Source: Malassezia furfur (taxonomy: Eukaryota). Taken from it: a DNA stretch of 64,000 nucleotides. Shown one piece after another: positions 32,301 to 42,780 of this stretch. The translations under genes were made by a program, and so were the position numbers. Under the pieces are notes generated by a model, which was given only the letters and a program-made list of their open reading frames with translations, was not told where the DNA came from and ran no database searches. Each line of letters starts with the position of its first letter. Position 1 is the stretch's first letter. The DNA is taken from assembly GCA_052055015.1 (NCBI GenBank), contig JBQJIT010000004.1; one strand, 5' to 3'.

Positions 32301-32490
32301 CGCCATCGAGCGGCGGTGCGGCGCCGGCAGCTTCGTACAATCGGTGCTGCGCCACAGGTTGTACGGGATTCGTACCCAGTTCGTTCTGCGAGGTCGAGCT
32401 GCTCCACTCGCCCGAGGGAAATGCCACATTGAGCGGCAGGCCCTCGACGGCGTTCATGGGGGGCAGATCAAACACGTTGGTCGAGGCCAT
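29350..32490 (-). CDS. Uncharacterised protein with basic globular core and Ig/cadherin-like (He_PIG-like) domain
   Basis: Long intronless ORF. Ordered block FKFRIQAFTNAF..ISRFNEDGKKAKSKGNHIW is followed by LPSWIHW..VLTGVP; the flanks are disordered. Confidence 0.8.
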   Translation of the reverse strand: MASTNVFDLPPMNAVEGLPLNVAFPSGEWSSSTSQNELGTNPVQPVAQHRLYEAAGAAPPLDGGVGSSVMGGMHTPLHASAQQATQQSSSNVPHNVLPLPYAFSAPTPTVQTPQEAPIEGLRAPPLHNSTQVSLAAGDAASFAGSDITLATASTLQVPPSSSAGIMNTPSGLRLAFSAPTADAKSSKMTQIVVQPGAASDSEQYLPKIGGLLEELAAKAADARQLFHGAQYDKCSENLSEVRSRLRAISDIGVESLATAVDYQQHKMQANTDETHSVSASAPAFSAATHNSPTLSPEKEQHLFSAALFSGVQASPGRRKRPSPTDARELPVKVLRGDLPGAQAMLQRTTELDEHAAARRGTDTSAPALFSPAPPQTPMFDLHGIDTQSSPLKLAAGTPTAAPAHHAPFFGEAGSSQVLLGTPRAEDPARTPKAAPLANLKPRVVSETQPGLLSRNRANSMGARIAPFSHARTEPSTPLATDTLRFDVDSLAYAARNDAASTPVWPEGQPGALTGTESAGEAHATLAHSRRSSNGTDESGTLPVALPVPGGDSSVDESWESIGQLDKTGGNELSPELRKRLDDIFHEFLNSLCSNLEATDDRGEPIHQTLMPKKMARLDESPDFRPFKFRIQAFTNAFQSELVNRGIHEGICSIKKIKQYLWTQPYISRFNEDGKKAKSKGNHIWNIEAKKLPEGGWVFRTFSPKIAGTLSKVAHVNERWTWNLRIWDPQASSSSIKVVYTANTLPSWIHWEDNEKVLTGVPQSTAQSGEVSVTALYVHLGQLHRLEHSFFLKVLPPTDAAQSAAPDVRAEPQVAPVHVGAEHTHGTEGLGMLPGASTNGQVLGLPLQGCGLPETPFERESMKYEVVEPSRAPDVLNSIPFPFTPPVYMDNRLQYMGLEPSSSLAAKSDGLTPNQPYNVPNGHALYPGQQPLAGLPQPSPMNQTAVFVGNASVKDAAAAAAAPSTAPAATKTLPQKLMAQDPLRATQLWNMIEQRQQDQVASLMLSIPARRPAFSMNEHPGQGTPISNMPSDMSATLPHVHSHTPSG

Positions 32491-32912
32491 CGTCACCCCT
32501 TATCCCCGAGCGGGGTACAGGAAGTGAGATCGACGAGAGGGGAGAAAAGTTACAGCAACCAGCTCGATGCGCGCACGAGACAAACGACGACACGTCCACA
32601 CAACCACACAATCACGCAGCAACGCTCTGTACTCGACCAGACGCTGTAGGGGCCAGAGATCAAAGACAAAGCGTGTTTCGTCGCTTGTCGCTCCTATTTG
32701 CTTGCCTATCCTCCTCCGCTCTCTGGCACCGAATCTTGATTTGTCCCTCTTTCGTCAGCAATTTTCCGCGACCCTGGTGTGCACAACGAGATTGGTACAC
32801 ACCGCCCCCGCTTCGGTCGGCCGATTAATGGGCAACCCTATCGGGCTGCAACAATATGCACGTGGCACAGTGCCAACGTGAGATCCACCTACCAGCGCCG
32901 CGCACCACCCAC

Positions 32913-35528
32913 TCAGCGCGTGTCGCTAGCGGACAGCGATACGACACTAGCCCGCGCGCGCAGGGTCCCACCCGCGATCGCATCGTTCTGTGCGGTGCCT
33001 GTCCGTGTCGCGGGCCGCTCGGGTGTGCGTACCACGGCGGCGCGACCCTCGGCAGGGATTGCGCGCGCTACGCGCGCCGGTCCAGTTGCGAGCGCCGTGG
33101 TGCTACGCGCACGTGCCAGGGTGTGCTCCGGCACCCGCGACCCTGCGCGCACGCCCCCCACCGGTGCCGCCTTGACTTTGAGCGGCGAAGCGCTCGTGGC
33201 AAACATGAACGTGTTGTTTCGCGGGCGTGTCTCGCGCGGCACAGATGCGGCGTGCGCGGCGGCCGACGGCCTGCGCGTTGGCGTCCGTGGTTCGCTGGCG
33301 TCGTCGCGCGGCGCAGGCGCCCCGCGCATCGGCGCGCTGCACCGCATGGGCTCGGGTGTGCTCTCGTCCTGGCTCTGGTTCCCGTAGGCGTCCAAAATGT
33401 CGTGGCACAACGTAGAACCTCCGTCCGTGTCTGCCGTGGTATCTGCCATGCGCGTTGTCGAGGGCGTCTTGGCGGGGGGTGGATCAAACACGAGCACCAC
33501 ATCGTCGTTCGTCTCGTCACCGAGCTGGAGCGAGGTGTCTTGGGTCGCGTCCGTGTCGAACGATGCGTCGGTAGGCCGGCGCACGTCGCGCTGCGACTTG
33601 TACCACGACGCGCGCGGACGCACCTGGGTCTGCGGCTGCGTCCCGAGCTCGATACCGAGACCCGCGGGCGGCGTCTCGCTGATGGAGGGCACATACGGCG
33701 AGCTGCGCCGTGCCGTGGCGCTGCGGATCGCACTGTTGATAAAGTCGAGCGAGCGCCGGTGCTGTGCCGTGCGCTCCGAGGGCACCTCCCGAGCAGGCGG
33801 CTGGGCCGCCGGCGACGGGAGCAAGTGCCCCGAGGCAGACATGAACGCGCGCGGGCTGCGCAGCGCATCCATCGACCGCACGCGCTCGACCATCTGTCCC
33901 TGGTCAGGCTGCAGGCCCATGGTATAGTCCAGGAGATTGACCCCCGCAAAGCTCCGCTTCACGGGCGGCGGATCGAGCGAGACAAAGTGCACGATGCGCA
34001 GGGGCAACTCGACTGCGACGCGCGGCTCGTTGCCAGTACCCACGCCGATGCGCAGCGTATACCGCACGTCGATATGCCGGCTCTTCTCGATGGTCAGTGC
34101 GTCGCCGGGGAGCACGATCGAGTGCCCAAAGTGCGCGGGCGGACCGGGGCGCACACCTGCCCACCAGTGCCCCGCATTGTCGCCGTTGGCGTTCAGCGTT
34201 TGCTTCCAGAGCGTGCGTGTGGTGTGCGACACGCTATAGTCGTCGCTCGCATCGCTGCGTGAGCGGTGTAGGGTCTCGGTGCATTGCAGCGAGACGTGCA
34301 AAAGGTGCATCGTCTCGGCGGCACGGTTCAGCACGCTCATGTCAAAGTACACGCGCTGCCCGGCTACCCACGTCTCGCGGTGCAACGCCGCGGCGAGACG
34401 CACCTGCGCGTCGGACGCCTGCTCAAGAATGGGTCGCGTGGCGCTCGCGAGCACCTCAGTGGGGTTCAGGTAGGGGTACAGGTCCATCTTTTGGAAGCAG
34501 TGGGCGATCCCGCCCTGGTGCTCGCCAAAGGAACGGACGCGCACCGACGCGATGGCAATATACCCAATCTCAGCCTGTTCGCTCCGGTAGCTGCCTTTGG
34601 CGCCGCGCGCGATGGGCAGCTGTAGCGTAAACGGCAGCACATGCGTTCCCTCTTTGCCGAGGTAGAAGCCGTCGGCATCCGGCAGCGACGCATAGCAAGG
34701 CAGCAGCGGCTGCGTGCTGCCCTGGGGCTGCGACAGCGCTGGCGAGCCATGTAGCACGTACGGCTCCGAGGGGCCATCGATGCTGCGATCACCGTCGATC
34801 ACTGACGCGTGGTGGTAAAATACGTGCCGCACGTCTTCGCCGGGTAGTGTCTCGTACCCAATCAACCGCACGCGTGGCTGGGCGAGCAGCATCGCCGTCT
34901 TGGGGCTCGTATGCGCCGGGAGCCGCAGGCGGATGCAGCCCTGCAGACAGCCACCTTCCACCGCACGGTCCTCTTCCAAGAAGATCTCGATACCCACGCG
35001 CCGGTCGCGCTCGAGCGGGAGAATCGGGGTGGTTTGCGGCTTGCTCGGCAGCTCTGGTGCGGTGCGTGGCTCGTGAAACGTGCCAAGCGACGCAGGGAGG
35101 AAGGGTGTCGCATTGCGTGCGTGCGACAGCGCAAGCGGTGTCGAGGATTTCTGCGTCATGTATGCAGACACATCACTGCGTGGCGAGTTTTGCTCGCTCG
35201 GCGTCTCGGCACGCACCACGAGCTGCGCATGCTGCACGCCGTCCAGTGTCGGCGACAGGGCGCACGCTGTGGGCTTCGGTGGGAGCAGGTGCTGCATCGG
35301 CATGGCCGGCACCTGCTGCGGTACGGGCGGCAGCGTGTTGGTCACCGCGCGGTTCTCGCGAAGCGGCGCACACGGCAGGCGTGCGGGCGCATCATTGTCG
35401 CTTGTCGCGCGGCCCGATGTCACCGGCCGCGCGAGGTGCGCGTGCCGGCGCGTCGACTTGCCCATGCTCGCCGCTGGCGCCGCGACGGGCTCGTTTAGGG
35501 ACCCAAAGTCGATGCCCAGTCCTGCCAT
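32913..35528 (-). CDS. Arrestin-domain protein
   Basis: VEGGCLQGCIRL, HVLPFTLQLP, LHRETWVAGQRVY..VLN and IDVRYTLRI match arrestin N/C beta-sandwiches; long disordered ends. Confidence 0.75.
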   Translation of the reverse strand: MAGLGIDFGSLNEPVAAPAASMGKSTRRHAHLARPVTSGRATSDNDAPARLPCAPLRENRAVTNTLPPVPQQVPAMPMQHLLPPKPTACALSPTLDGVQHAQLVVRAETPSEQNSPRSDVSAYMTQKSSTPLALSHARNATPFLPASLGTFHEPRTAPELPSKPQTTPILPLERDRRVGIEIFLEEDRAVEGGCLQGCIRLRLPAHTSPKTAMLLAQPRVRLIGYETLPGEDVRHVFYHHASVIDGDRSIDGPSEPYVLHGSPALSQPQGSTQPLLPCYASLPDADGFYLGKEGTHVLPFTLQLPIARGAKGSYRSEQAEIGYIAIASVRVRSFGEHQGGIAHCFQKMDLYPYLNPTEVLASATRPILEQASDAQVRLAAALHRETWVAGQRVYFDMSVLNRAAETMHLLHVSLQCTETLHRSRSDASDDYSVSHTTRTLWKQTLNANGDNAGHWWAGVRPGPPAHFGHSIVLPGDALTIEKSRHIDVRYTLRIGVGTGNEPRVAVELPLRIVHFVSLDPPPVKRSFAGVNLLDYTMGLQPDQGQMVERVRSMDALRSPRAFMSASGHLLPSPAAQPPAREVPSERTAQHRRSLDFINSAIRSATARRSSPYVPSISETPPAGLGIELGTQPQTQVRPRASWYKSQRDVRRPTDASFDTDATQDTSLQLGDETNDDVVLVFDPPPAKTPSTTRMADTTADTDGGSTLCHDILDAYGNQSQDESTPEPMRCSAPMRGAPAPRDDASEPRTPTRRPSAAAHAASVPRETRPRNNTFMFATSASPLKVKAAPVGGVRAGSRVPEHTLARARSTTALATGPARVARAIPAEGRAAVVRTPERPATRTGTAQNDAIAGGTLRARASVVSLSASDTR

Positions 35529-35689
35529 CCGACGCACAACGTGGAGAGGAAGCGCCGGGGGCGTGTGTTGATGTGGTTGCCTGCACGACCCTGCACGCCT
35601 CGTGGCGCGCCCAAACACACACGAGCAATTTTCCAAACAACATCTACACCTCCACCAGGGATTCCTATAGCGGACGGGCAGTGTCTTGG

Positions 35690-38504
35690 CTACGCGTCCT
35701 GGCCGGGCGTCGTCGCAGCCGAGGTGAGCCGCATCAGCGCGTCCGTCGCACGCGACGGTGTACGCGGAGTGGCGAGCGGCAGCGCACTGCCGTCAACGGT
35801 GAGCACGCGCTGCGGTGCATCCGCGCGGGGCTGCCAGGGCGCACCGACCATGCTGCCGCCGCTGCTCTTGCGCGGCGTGCGCACCTCGGCACTGCGCGCG
35901 GGCAACCAAGGCGATCGCGATGTAGGTAGCTGTGCGGCGAGAAGCGCGTCCACATCCACCCACCCCTCAACATCCACCCAGCAGTACGCGGTGCCGGATG
36001 GCAGGCGCAGAGCATCACGCGTCGTCGCTTCGTGCGTCTCGAGGCGCGTGACGCGCGCCACGAGCCAGTCGCGCTGGGCGGTTGCGTGCCGCAGCGCCTC
36101 AGTCATACGCAGGTAGCAGTAGGGATTGTGTAGCTGGAACGCCATCCACCGCCCGTCGCGCGTCTGCGCGGGCAGAAAGAGCGCCACGTCGCCGGGCGCT
36201 ATGTGATCCAGCGACAGCGGTGCTTGGGCCATGGCAGCTGCGCGCGCCTGCAGCCGGCGTATGTGCGCCACGAGCCACTCTATCCGCCCATGCACGTCGT
36301 CCAGGAAGCGGTCTGGGTCGAGCGTCTGAAGCGCCGCGCGCGTTTCGGCATCCGACAGCTCGCGGACATGCACGGCGGGCGGATGCAACGCGTCGGGTGC
36401 GCACGCGTACTGGTGTAGCGCCGAAACGCGCGCGAGCAGCGCGCCAACGTACGACCATTCGTGTTGGTCGCTCCGCAGCTTTTCCTGTACGCCGCTTAGC
36501 TCCGAGCGCGCCTGCTCGAGCGTTTGGGTATCGACGACGTGCAAAGCACTGAGTCGCTCGCTGATGCGCTCGAGCTCGGTGTGGATCTGCGTGCGCTGGG
36601 CGCCGGCTTCGTGCGCACTTGCCTCCAATCGCGAGTGCGCCAGGCTCGCGGCGCGCTGCAGTGCAGCGCGCTCCTCACTCCACTCGGCCGTGCGGCGCTG
36701 CAGCTCCTCCTCAAGCCGCTCAGAGCGCTGCTGCGCGATCTGGAGCTGCCGACGGAGCGTGTCACTGAGCTGTTGCGAGGGTGTGGGTGAATGCCGCGAC
36801 GCTTCCGAGGCATCGTCCGACTCGTCCTCATTTAGGTGCAGCTCGCGCGCGGCGATCACCGCGAAGGTCGCCTCAGTGCGGTCGAGCCGGGCCATGTAGC
36901 TCTGTAGCTCAGTCTGCACCTCGCCGATCAGTACCGCTTGTGCCGCGTCATGTGTCTCGTGCTTTAGTACGCGCAGCCGCTCCAGGAACGCGTCGAGGTC
37001 CTGGCGCGTGAGCGCGTGGGTCTCGTTGGTGTCGCGCCGGCGTGTGGTCACATCGAGCACGGGCGGTTGCGTCTCGAGGACGAGCTCAAATGGGAGCTGC
37101 GAGGCGACGTGTGTCGCATACTCCATGCGCGCCGCGCGCTCCGACTCGGTAAACTGCGCCATGAGCTCGGCGAGGCGCTGGGCCTTATCCATGAACAGCG
37201 GCGTGAACTCGGTGCGCCGCACGCCCTCGATGAGCGATGCGCCATACGCCCAAAGCATCTTTTTCAGTCGGTGCAGCCGCTTGAACCCGTCCAGCCGGGG
37301 CGAGGCAAGGCCCGCATCGATCTCGGCCAGTGCCGCGCCGAGGTCGGCGTAGTCCGACTGCAGGCTGCTGATGTCCTGCACGAGGTTCAGGTGCCGGTGC
37401 ACCAGCTCGTTGCGGTCCGACACGAGGTACGCCAAATTTTGCGTAGCCCGCGCACGGTATCCATCGATGCGCGCCGCTGTGCGGTTCACGTCGGCGACAT
37501 GTTCCAGCGTGCGCTTCGACTGGCCCGACAACTGCTCGGCGTCGTCCGACGCGTTCTCGTGCGGCATCTCGAGCTCGTGCACGGCCTCGCGCGTGCACTG
37601 GTACACCTCGCGGATCTGTGCCAAGGTCTCCGTGGAGGGCTCAATGTGCGTGTGGTTGATCTCGCTGACCAGGTCGGCGAGGTCCACGGCGAGCTGCACC
37701 TCGACTTGGACAGTGTTGGCATAGCGTGCTTGGAGCTCGGCGAGTTGTGTACGGCAGTCGCTTGCGGTTGTGCGGATCTTGCGCGCATCAACAAAGTCGC
37801 CGAGCGTCGGCGGCTTGACATTCCGTGCGACGGGCTTCGCCAGCAGCTTGGTCTCGATGGGGACACGCGAAAGGATGTACAGGTCATGCTCGTACCTCTG
37901 TAGCAGCTCTTCCATCGATCCGAGTTCCTTGGATGCAATCTCCTCGAGCGTCTTAATGGCGCGCTTGATCGTCACCGTGTGAGCCTGCAGGTTGGCGAGC
38001 GCAACGCGCGTGCTAGTGTGAATGCGCTCTATGCACGCATGCATATCACAGGCTGTGTTGTACTGCGTCTCCACTCTTTGCTGCACTTCGTGTGCCCAAT
38101 CGAGCATCTCCCGTTGCGCTAGTGGCGTCGCCGGCAGTGCGACGTGCGGTGGGACCAGCACCGGCTGCGGATCCAACTCGAGCTCGAGCTGCGGCGCGAT
38201 GACGTCGAGATCAGCATACAACAGCTTGCGGTCAAACACGTAAAATTCCTGTGTGAGAAGCACCACACACCAAGTCGGAATCCCGCTCGTATGCAAGCAA
38301 CTCGTCCATCGCGGCCTCGTTCACCTGGACACCCTGTTTGGTGATGCAGATAATCGAGTCGTATAGGATGCCGGTCGCAAGCGACACGCAGTCGAGAAAG
38401 TGCTCGAGCCTATGTCAGCCTTTGTGATTGACGTACGTGCGAAACTGCCATAGTGTTTGCTTCACCTCGATCTCCCGGCCGCAGTACGACACCACCAGAC
38501 GCAT
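35690..38504 (-). CDS. ATG11: Selective-autophagy scaffold Atg11; introns 38410-38436 (27 nt) and 38249-38270 (22 nt)
   Basis: Spliced N-terminus ..IICITKQG..EFYVFDR, YGASLIEGVRRTEF, coiled coils, and C-terminal Claw-like GDVALFLP..WMAF..DWLVARV. Confidence 0.85.
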
Positions 38505-38588
38505 CGCGGCGCACGGCGCATCGAGGGACCGTGCGGAGCGCTTCGCTGACACATGCTGAATAATTTACTGACCGTCTTCTGCACCACG

Positions 38589-39602
38589 ATGGTTTGGCGT
38601 GTGGGAAGCACGGCGGCACGCGCTGCGCCGCGCGTCCTCGGGCGGCGCATGCAGTCGCAATGGAAGCCCGCCGTAGAGAAGGGAAAGATGCCTGCCTACG
38701 ACGAGGCACTTGCGTTTGTACAGGCCGACTCGGCCGCGCAGCGTGAGCGCCTCGCCGATGCGAAGAAGCACTCAGACGCACCTGCTCAGCTCGTCGATGC
38801 TCTCGAGGTTGCATCGGAGATCAACCTCCCCGAAGTCCGCGCAGCATTCCTGCAGGGACAGGGTGACCTGAGCCGGCCCGTCTTCCGGCACCTGCGTGAG
38901 CAGGCCTGGCGCCTTGGCGGCGCTCTTGAGCGGCTCGTGGAGCGCGCAACGCTGATGCACATTCTCCCGGACGTTGTGCCGAACATCACGTTCGAGGCAG
39001 ACCTGCAGGTGGCATTCGGCACTGGCGCGGGCATAGGCGACCACGGCGGTAGCGGAGGCGACGTCCTGTCCGGCGTCTTTTTGCCCGTGGCCACGACGCG
39101 CAATGCTCCGCATATCACCGCAACCGTGTTTCACCCTGAGGAGCGCCGTTATACACTGATGCTCGTTGACCCAGACAGGCCGAGCGAGGAGAGCGAGTCG
39201 TACGAAACGTTCGTGCACTGGCTCGTGCAGGACATTCCGCTCTCCGCAACGCAGTCGAGCCTGCCCTCGACGCTCTCCGATGTGCTCCCGTACATCCCGC
39301 CGCACCCGCAACAGGGTACGCCCTACCACCGCTACACGATGCTGCTCTTTGAGCAGACGCAGCCTGTGCAGCTGAGCCAGGTGCCGCGCACGCCCTTCCA
39401 AGTGTCGGCGTTTGCTGAGCAACACGGCCTCCAGCTCCGTGGGCTGCACTTTTGGCGCGCCAAGTGGTCGACTGAGAACCGCGAGGCGGTCAGCTCCATC
39501 TACCGCGAGGCTCTGGACGAGGCCGAGCCGCGGTATGGCTATGTGCCGCGGCAGGATAAGCTGAAGGACGTCCTGGGCGTGCGTCACAGCAAGTACTACT
39601 AG
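38589..39602 (+). CDS. MRPL35: Mitochondrial ribosomal protein mL38 (PEBP domain)
   Basis: Mitochondrial presequence, PAYDEAL, EINLPEVR, YTLMLVDPD and PPHPQQGTPYHRY. Confidence 0.88.
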   Translation: MVWRVGSTAARAAPRVLGRRMQSQWKPAVEKGKMPAYDEALAFVQADSAAQRERLADAKKHSDAPAQLVDALEVASEINLPEVRAAFLQGQGDLSRPVFRHLREQAWRLGGALERLVERATLMHILPDVVPNITFEADLQVAFGTGAGIGDHGGSGGDVLSGVFLPVATTRNAPHITATVFHPEERRYTLMLVDPDRPSEESESYETFVHWLVQDIPLSATQSSLPSTLSDVLPYIPPHPQQGTPYHRYTMLLFEQTQPVQLSQVPRTPFQVSAFAEQHGLQLRGLHFWRAKWSTENREAVSSIYREALDEAEPRYGYVPRQDKLKDVLGVRHSKYY

Positions 39603-39613
39603 CACAAAATAGA

Positions 39614-41023
39614 TTAAAAGAACTGCTTGTCTGCGCCGTTCCCACGCGTCACGCGGCCCTCCTCAAACAAATTCTGTGGGCGGAAAGGCCACTTTTCAAA
39701 CACCACCGCGAGCGCCGCCCACTGCTCGTTGGTGAGCTGGACAACGGGGGTGTCGGGGAGAATCACCTCATGTGGCCGGTCCTGCATGCCAGGGCGGTCG
39801 GGCGCAAGCATTTTTAGGATATTGGCCGCGCCAGGCGCGACGTGTTTGAGCGCCTCCGAGATGGGCTTTGTCTTGAGCACAAATAAGTTTCGTGTAAGGA
39901 ATTCGAATGCGTCCAAGTCGCGACTCTTTACCAGCAAGTGCTTCAGCGGATCAATACTCAGTACGGCAAGGTTGCGTTTCGACAGGCCCGACGAAATGTT
40001 GGCGTTGGGAATAAAGGTGTTAGTGATCGGCACGCGAGGACCGATTGACGGGGTCGGGGGATAAAAGTAGTCGCCGTACGGCTGCAACTGATCGCTTGAG
40101 ATGAGTAGCTCGGGAGTGGACAAACACTGCACGGTCGTGCCCAGCTTGGCGCGGTCGCGGGGATTCGCCGGCGTCGCTAGCGCGCGCGTCGCGACTGTCT
40201 CACCACACACAAACACCATCTTGACGCGGCCGTACTGGAACAGCCAGAACCCGGACGAGATGGCGTGCACGAGTTGAGCAAAGAGCTGCTCACCATGCAC
40301 TGTGTTGGGGATCTGGGCGACAAACACCAGCGGACTCGTTGCCTCCCAGTCCATGGGCGGTGCATTCGGCCCCAAGTTGGGAATATGGTTCTCGAGGTTC
40401 GAGAGATAGCCGTCATGAACGAGTGTCTCGTAGGTATCCCACACAAAGCCCGACTGCGGTAGAATGTGCAGTTTGTCATGGTTGCCTTCCAACGTCGGGT
40501 CCACCTTGAGCTCTTCAAGGCACGGCAAAAAGGTGGGCACATTCTCGAGTGCCACGACCCGCTCGACATTGGGGTGCTGCATCAGCTCACGCGTCAGTGT
40601 ACCCGGCCCCGCATAGGCCTCAATAATGGTCGCTTTGCGGCCTGCGCGGCTTGGGTCATCCAGTCCAATCTTGGACACAATTTCTTGCGCCGTTTCTTGG
40701 CGTGACACGAAGTAGCGGTGTCGCGCAAAGTTGTCCTTCGTGAAGCTGAACTTTTGTTTCCATGTTGCCGGATGCGGCAGGTGGCTGTGACAGAAAGGGG
40801 CGTCCTCCTCAGCTACGGGCGCCGTGTTCTTGTACATCGGCTCCGCTGAGAAGGTCAACGCGGCTTTGGTGCGTCGTTTCCGCCGCTCACCCTCCGGCTT
40901 GGCACGGCTGCTCTGATTCGACTGGACATCTGTAAGCAGCGTCCGCAATGGCATCACCGCCGGTACGCGCACCGGCACGGCAGGCGCAAGGCGCACCGTC
41001 AGCCGTGGCAGTCGAGACAGCAT
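39614..41023 (-). CDS. MTF1: Mitochondrial transcription factor Mtf1 / rRNA adenine dimethylase-like
   Basis: Presequence, IIEAYAGPGTLTREL, WLFQYGRVKM and C-terminal FEKWPFRP. Confidence 0.8.
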   Translation of the reverse strand: MLSRLPRLTVRLAPAVPVRVPAVMPLRTLLTDVQSNQSSRAKPEGERRKRRTKAALTFSAEPMYKNTAPVAEEDAPFCHSHLPHPATWKQKFSFTKDNFARHRYFVSRQETAQEIVSKIGLDDPSRAGRKATIIEAYAGPGTLTRELMQHPNVERVVALENVPTFLPCLEELKVDPTLEGNHDKLHILPQSGFVWDTYETLVHDGYLSNLENHIPNLGPNAPPMDWEATSPLVFVAQIPNTVHGEQLFAQLVHAISSGFWLFQYGRVKMVFVCGETVATRALATPANPRDRAKLGTTVQCLSTPELLISSDQLQPYGDYFYPPTPSIGPRVPITNTFIPNANISSGLSKRNLAVLSIDPLKHLLVKSRDLDAFEFLTRNLFVLKTKPISEALKHVAPGAANILKMLAPDRPGMQDRPHEVILPDTPVVQLTNEQWAALAVVFEKWPFRPQNLFEEGRVTRGNGADKQFF

Positions 41024-41083
41024 GGCGTCCAAAATCGAAAATCGTCGCGCTGAGCTAAGCACGCGAGTGCGACTCCACCGACG

Positions 41084-42049
41084 ATGGACGCGGGGGCGTT
41101 GCTAGATGCCTTCGCGCTGCTCGGGCTCGACCTCGAAGCGACCGAGGCGCAAATCCGCACCGCATATCGGAAACGGTCACTCCAATTACACCCTGATAAA
41201 GCCAAGGATGTTCAACCGGACGTGGCCGCTGAGCGCTTCCACCAGCTCACTATCGCCTACGAGCAACTGTTGGACCCTGCTACGCGTGCGAACCTTGCTC
41301 AGAAATTGGAACAGGAGCGGGCGCGGCGTGAGCGGCATGCTGAGTTTGACTCAAGGCGACGCGAAATGGCTGCAGACCTCGAAATGCGCGAGCAGCTCGA
41401 CCGGCAGGCCAAAGCACGGCGGGCGCAGCATGCGCGGGAGCGTGAGCAGCGGATTGCGGCGCTGCGGGAAGAAGGCCGTGCAATGCGCATTGACAAACAC
41501 GAGCGTCTTTTGAAGGAGTGGCAGGCGCGTGCGCAGGCCATGCCCCAGAAACGCAAAGCTGCTGACGACGTACCGCCGCTGGGGCCCATGGATACCACCG
41601 TCCTTGTCCGCTTCCCGACGGAACAATGGGACGAGATGGGCGCCAATGCACTACTCTCCAATGCACTTCACACGCCGCTTGGTGCTGCATTGGCGTCGTA
41701 CGGCCCGCTGACTGGACTTGCCGTCAAGCCACCCAAGAAACGGCGCGAGGTGTCGGCGCTAGCGACGTTTGCTGATATTGTGCCGGCCTGGCGCGCGGTG
41801 CAGGAAGGACGTACGCTGCGATGCACCCCTGCGCTACTGGAAGAGACGTGGATCGGGTGGGCGGATCCCAACTTTAAGGAGCGCACGACGGAGCCTGCAC
41901 GCATTGCGTACCTTGCACGGCAACCGCCGGCGCCATCCGAGGCGCCATCCGAGCCAGAAACCGATGTGGGCCCGGGCCTATTGGATACGGAGTACGAGGC
42001 CCACACGTTAGCACGACTGCAGCGCGCAGCCGTGCAAGGAGCTGCCTAG
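41084..42049 (+). CDS. CWC23: J-domain splicing co-chaperone Cwc23/DNAJC17
   Basis: AYRKRSLQLHPDK J domain, coiled coil RRREMAADLEMRE, RRM-like region, YEAHTLARL tail. Confidence 0.82.
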   Translation: MDAGALLDAFALLGLDLEATEAQIRTAYRKRSLQLHPDKAKDVQPDVAAERFHQLTIAYEQLLDPATRANLAQKLEQERARRERHAEFDSRRREMAADLEMREQLDRQAKARRAQHAREREQRIAALREEGRAMRIDKHERLLKEWQARAQAMPQKRKAADDVPPLGPMDTTVLVRFPTEQWDEMGANALLSNALHTPLGAALASYGPLTGLAVKPPKKRREVSALATFADIVPAWRAVQEGRTLRCTPALLEETWIGWADPNFKERTTEPARIAYLARQPPAPSEAPSEPETDVGPGLLDTEYEAHTLARLQRAAVQGAA

Positions 42050-42050
42050 C

Positions 42051-42677
42051 CTATGGATCCTCGATGCCGTGCTGCGCCTTGCGCCGGTATATTGCCTATA
42101 CCCATTAGTCTTTCGTTCTCCCACGTACCTGGTCACGGAGCCACTGGCGGTACTGGTGAATTGACCCAATGCTCTCACCATAGTAATCCGGCACCGGGTT
42201 GTGCACCACCTGTCGCGTCGGATCGGCGCGAAGCCGTTTAATGCGTGTATAGAACTCGCGGTCGCGCTGTGCAAACTGTGCGGCGCGGCTGCGGTGGAGG
42301 AGCGTCCACACGCCCACCCCTAGGGACGGCCCAACAAGCCAGCCGACGGCCGTACACGCGAGCGTTGCACCGATATGAACAAAGAGAGGGTCGATACCTG
42401 CAATGGTCTTACTCGGGTCGATTTCCAGAGTCATGAAATACGATCCCGAGGCGATGGCGGCGATCGCCATGGTCGGCACTGTCGAAATAAGTCCTGCGAG
42501 GCGCCGCTGGCGGCGCATCTGGAGGTCTGTGTGAGCCGATTTTTCGCACGCACATGTGGACCAAGGGAGTGTGTTGGTGTTCTGCGCGGCCGATGTCCCT
42601 GCAGCGCGTGCGGCGGCGGGTGTGCATGCGCCGAGCGCGCGCGGCGCGGCGCGGAGACCCAGGCGTCCTACGATCAT
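42051..42677 (-). CDS. PAM17: Mitochondrial import motor subunit Pam17; introns 42527-42553 (27 nt) and 42096-42128 (33 nt)
   Basis: [41 protein letters not shown]. Confidence 0.9.
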
Positions 42678-42689
42678 GGTGCGAGAGAT

Positions 42690-42707
42690 CACGTGCACTT
42701 TCACGTG
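42690..42707. promoter_or_regulatory. Twin CACGTG boxes (42690-42695, 42702-42707) in the divergent PAM17/DHH1 promoter
   Basis: Motifs read directly in a 103-nt spacer. Confidence 0.5.
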
Positions 42708-42780
42708 CGTGCACGGAGACGGCGCTCTTCTTTCGCGACGAAGTGACGACGACTGCGCTTTCGAACGGACCTTCTACACA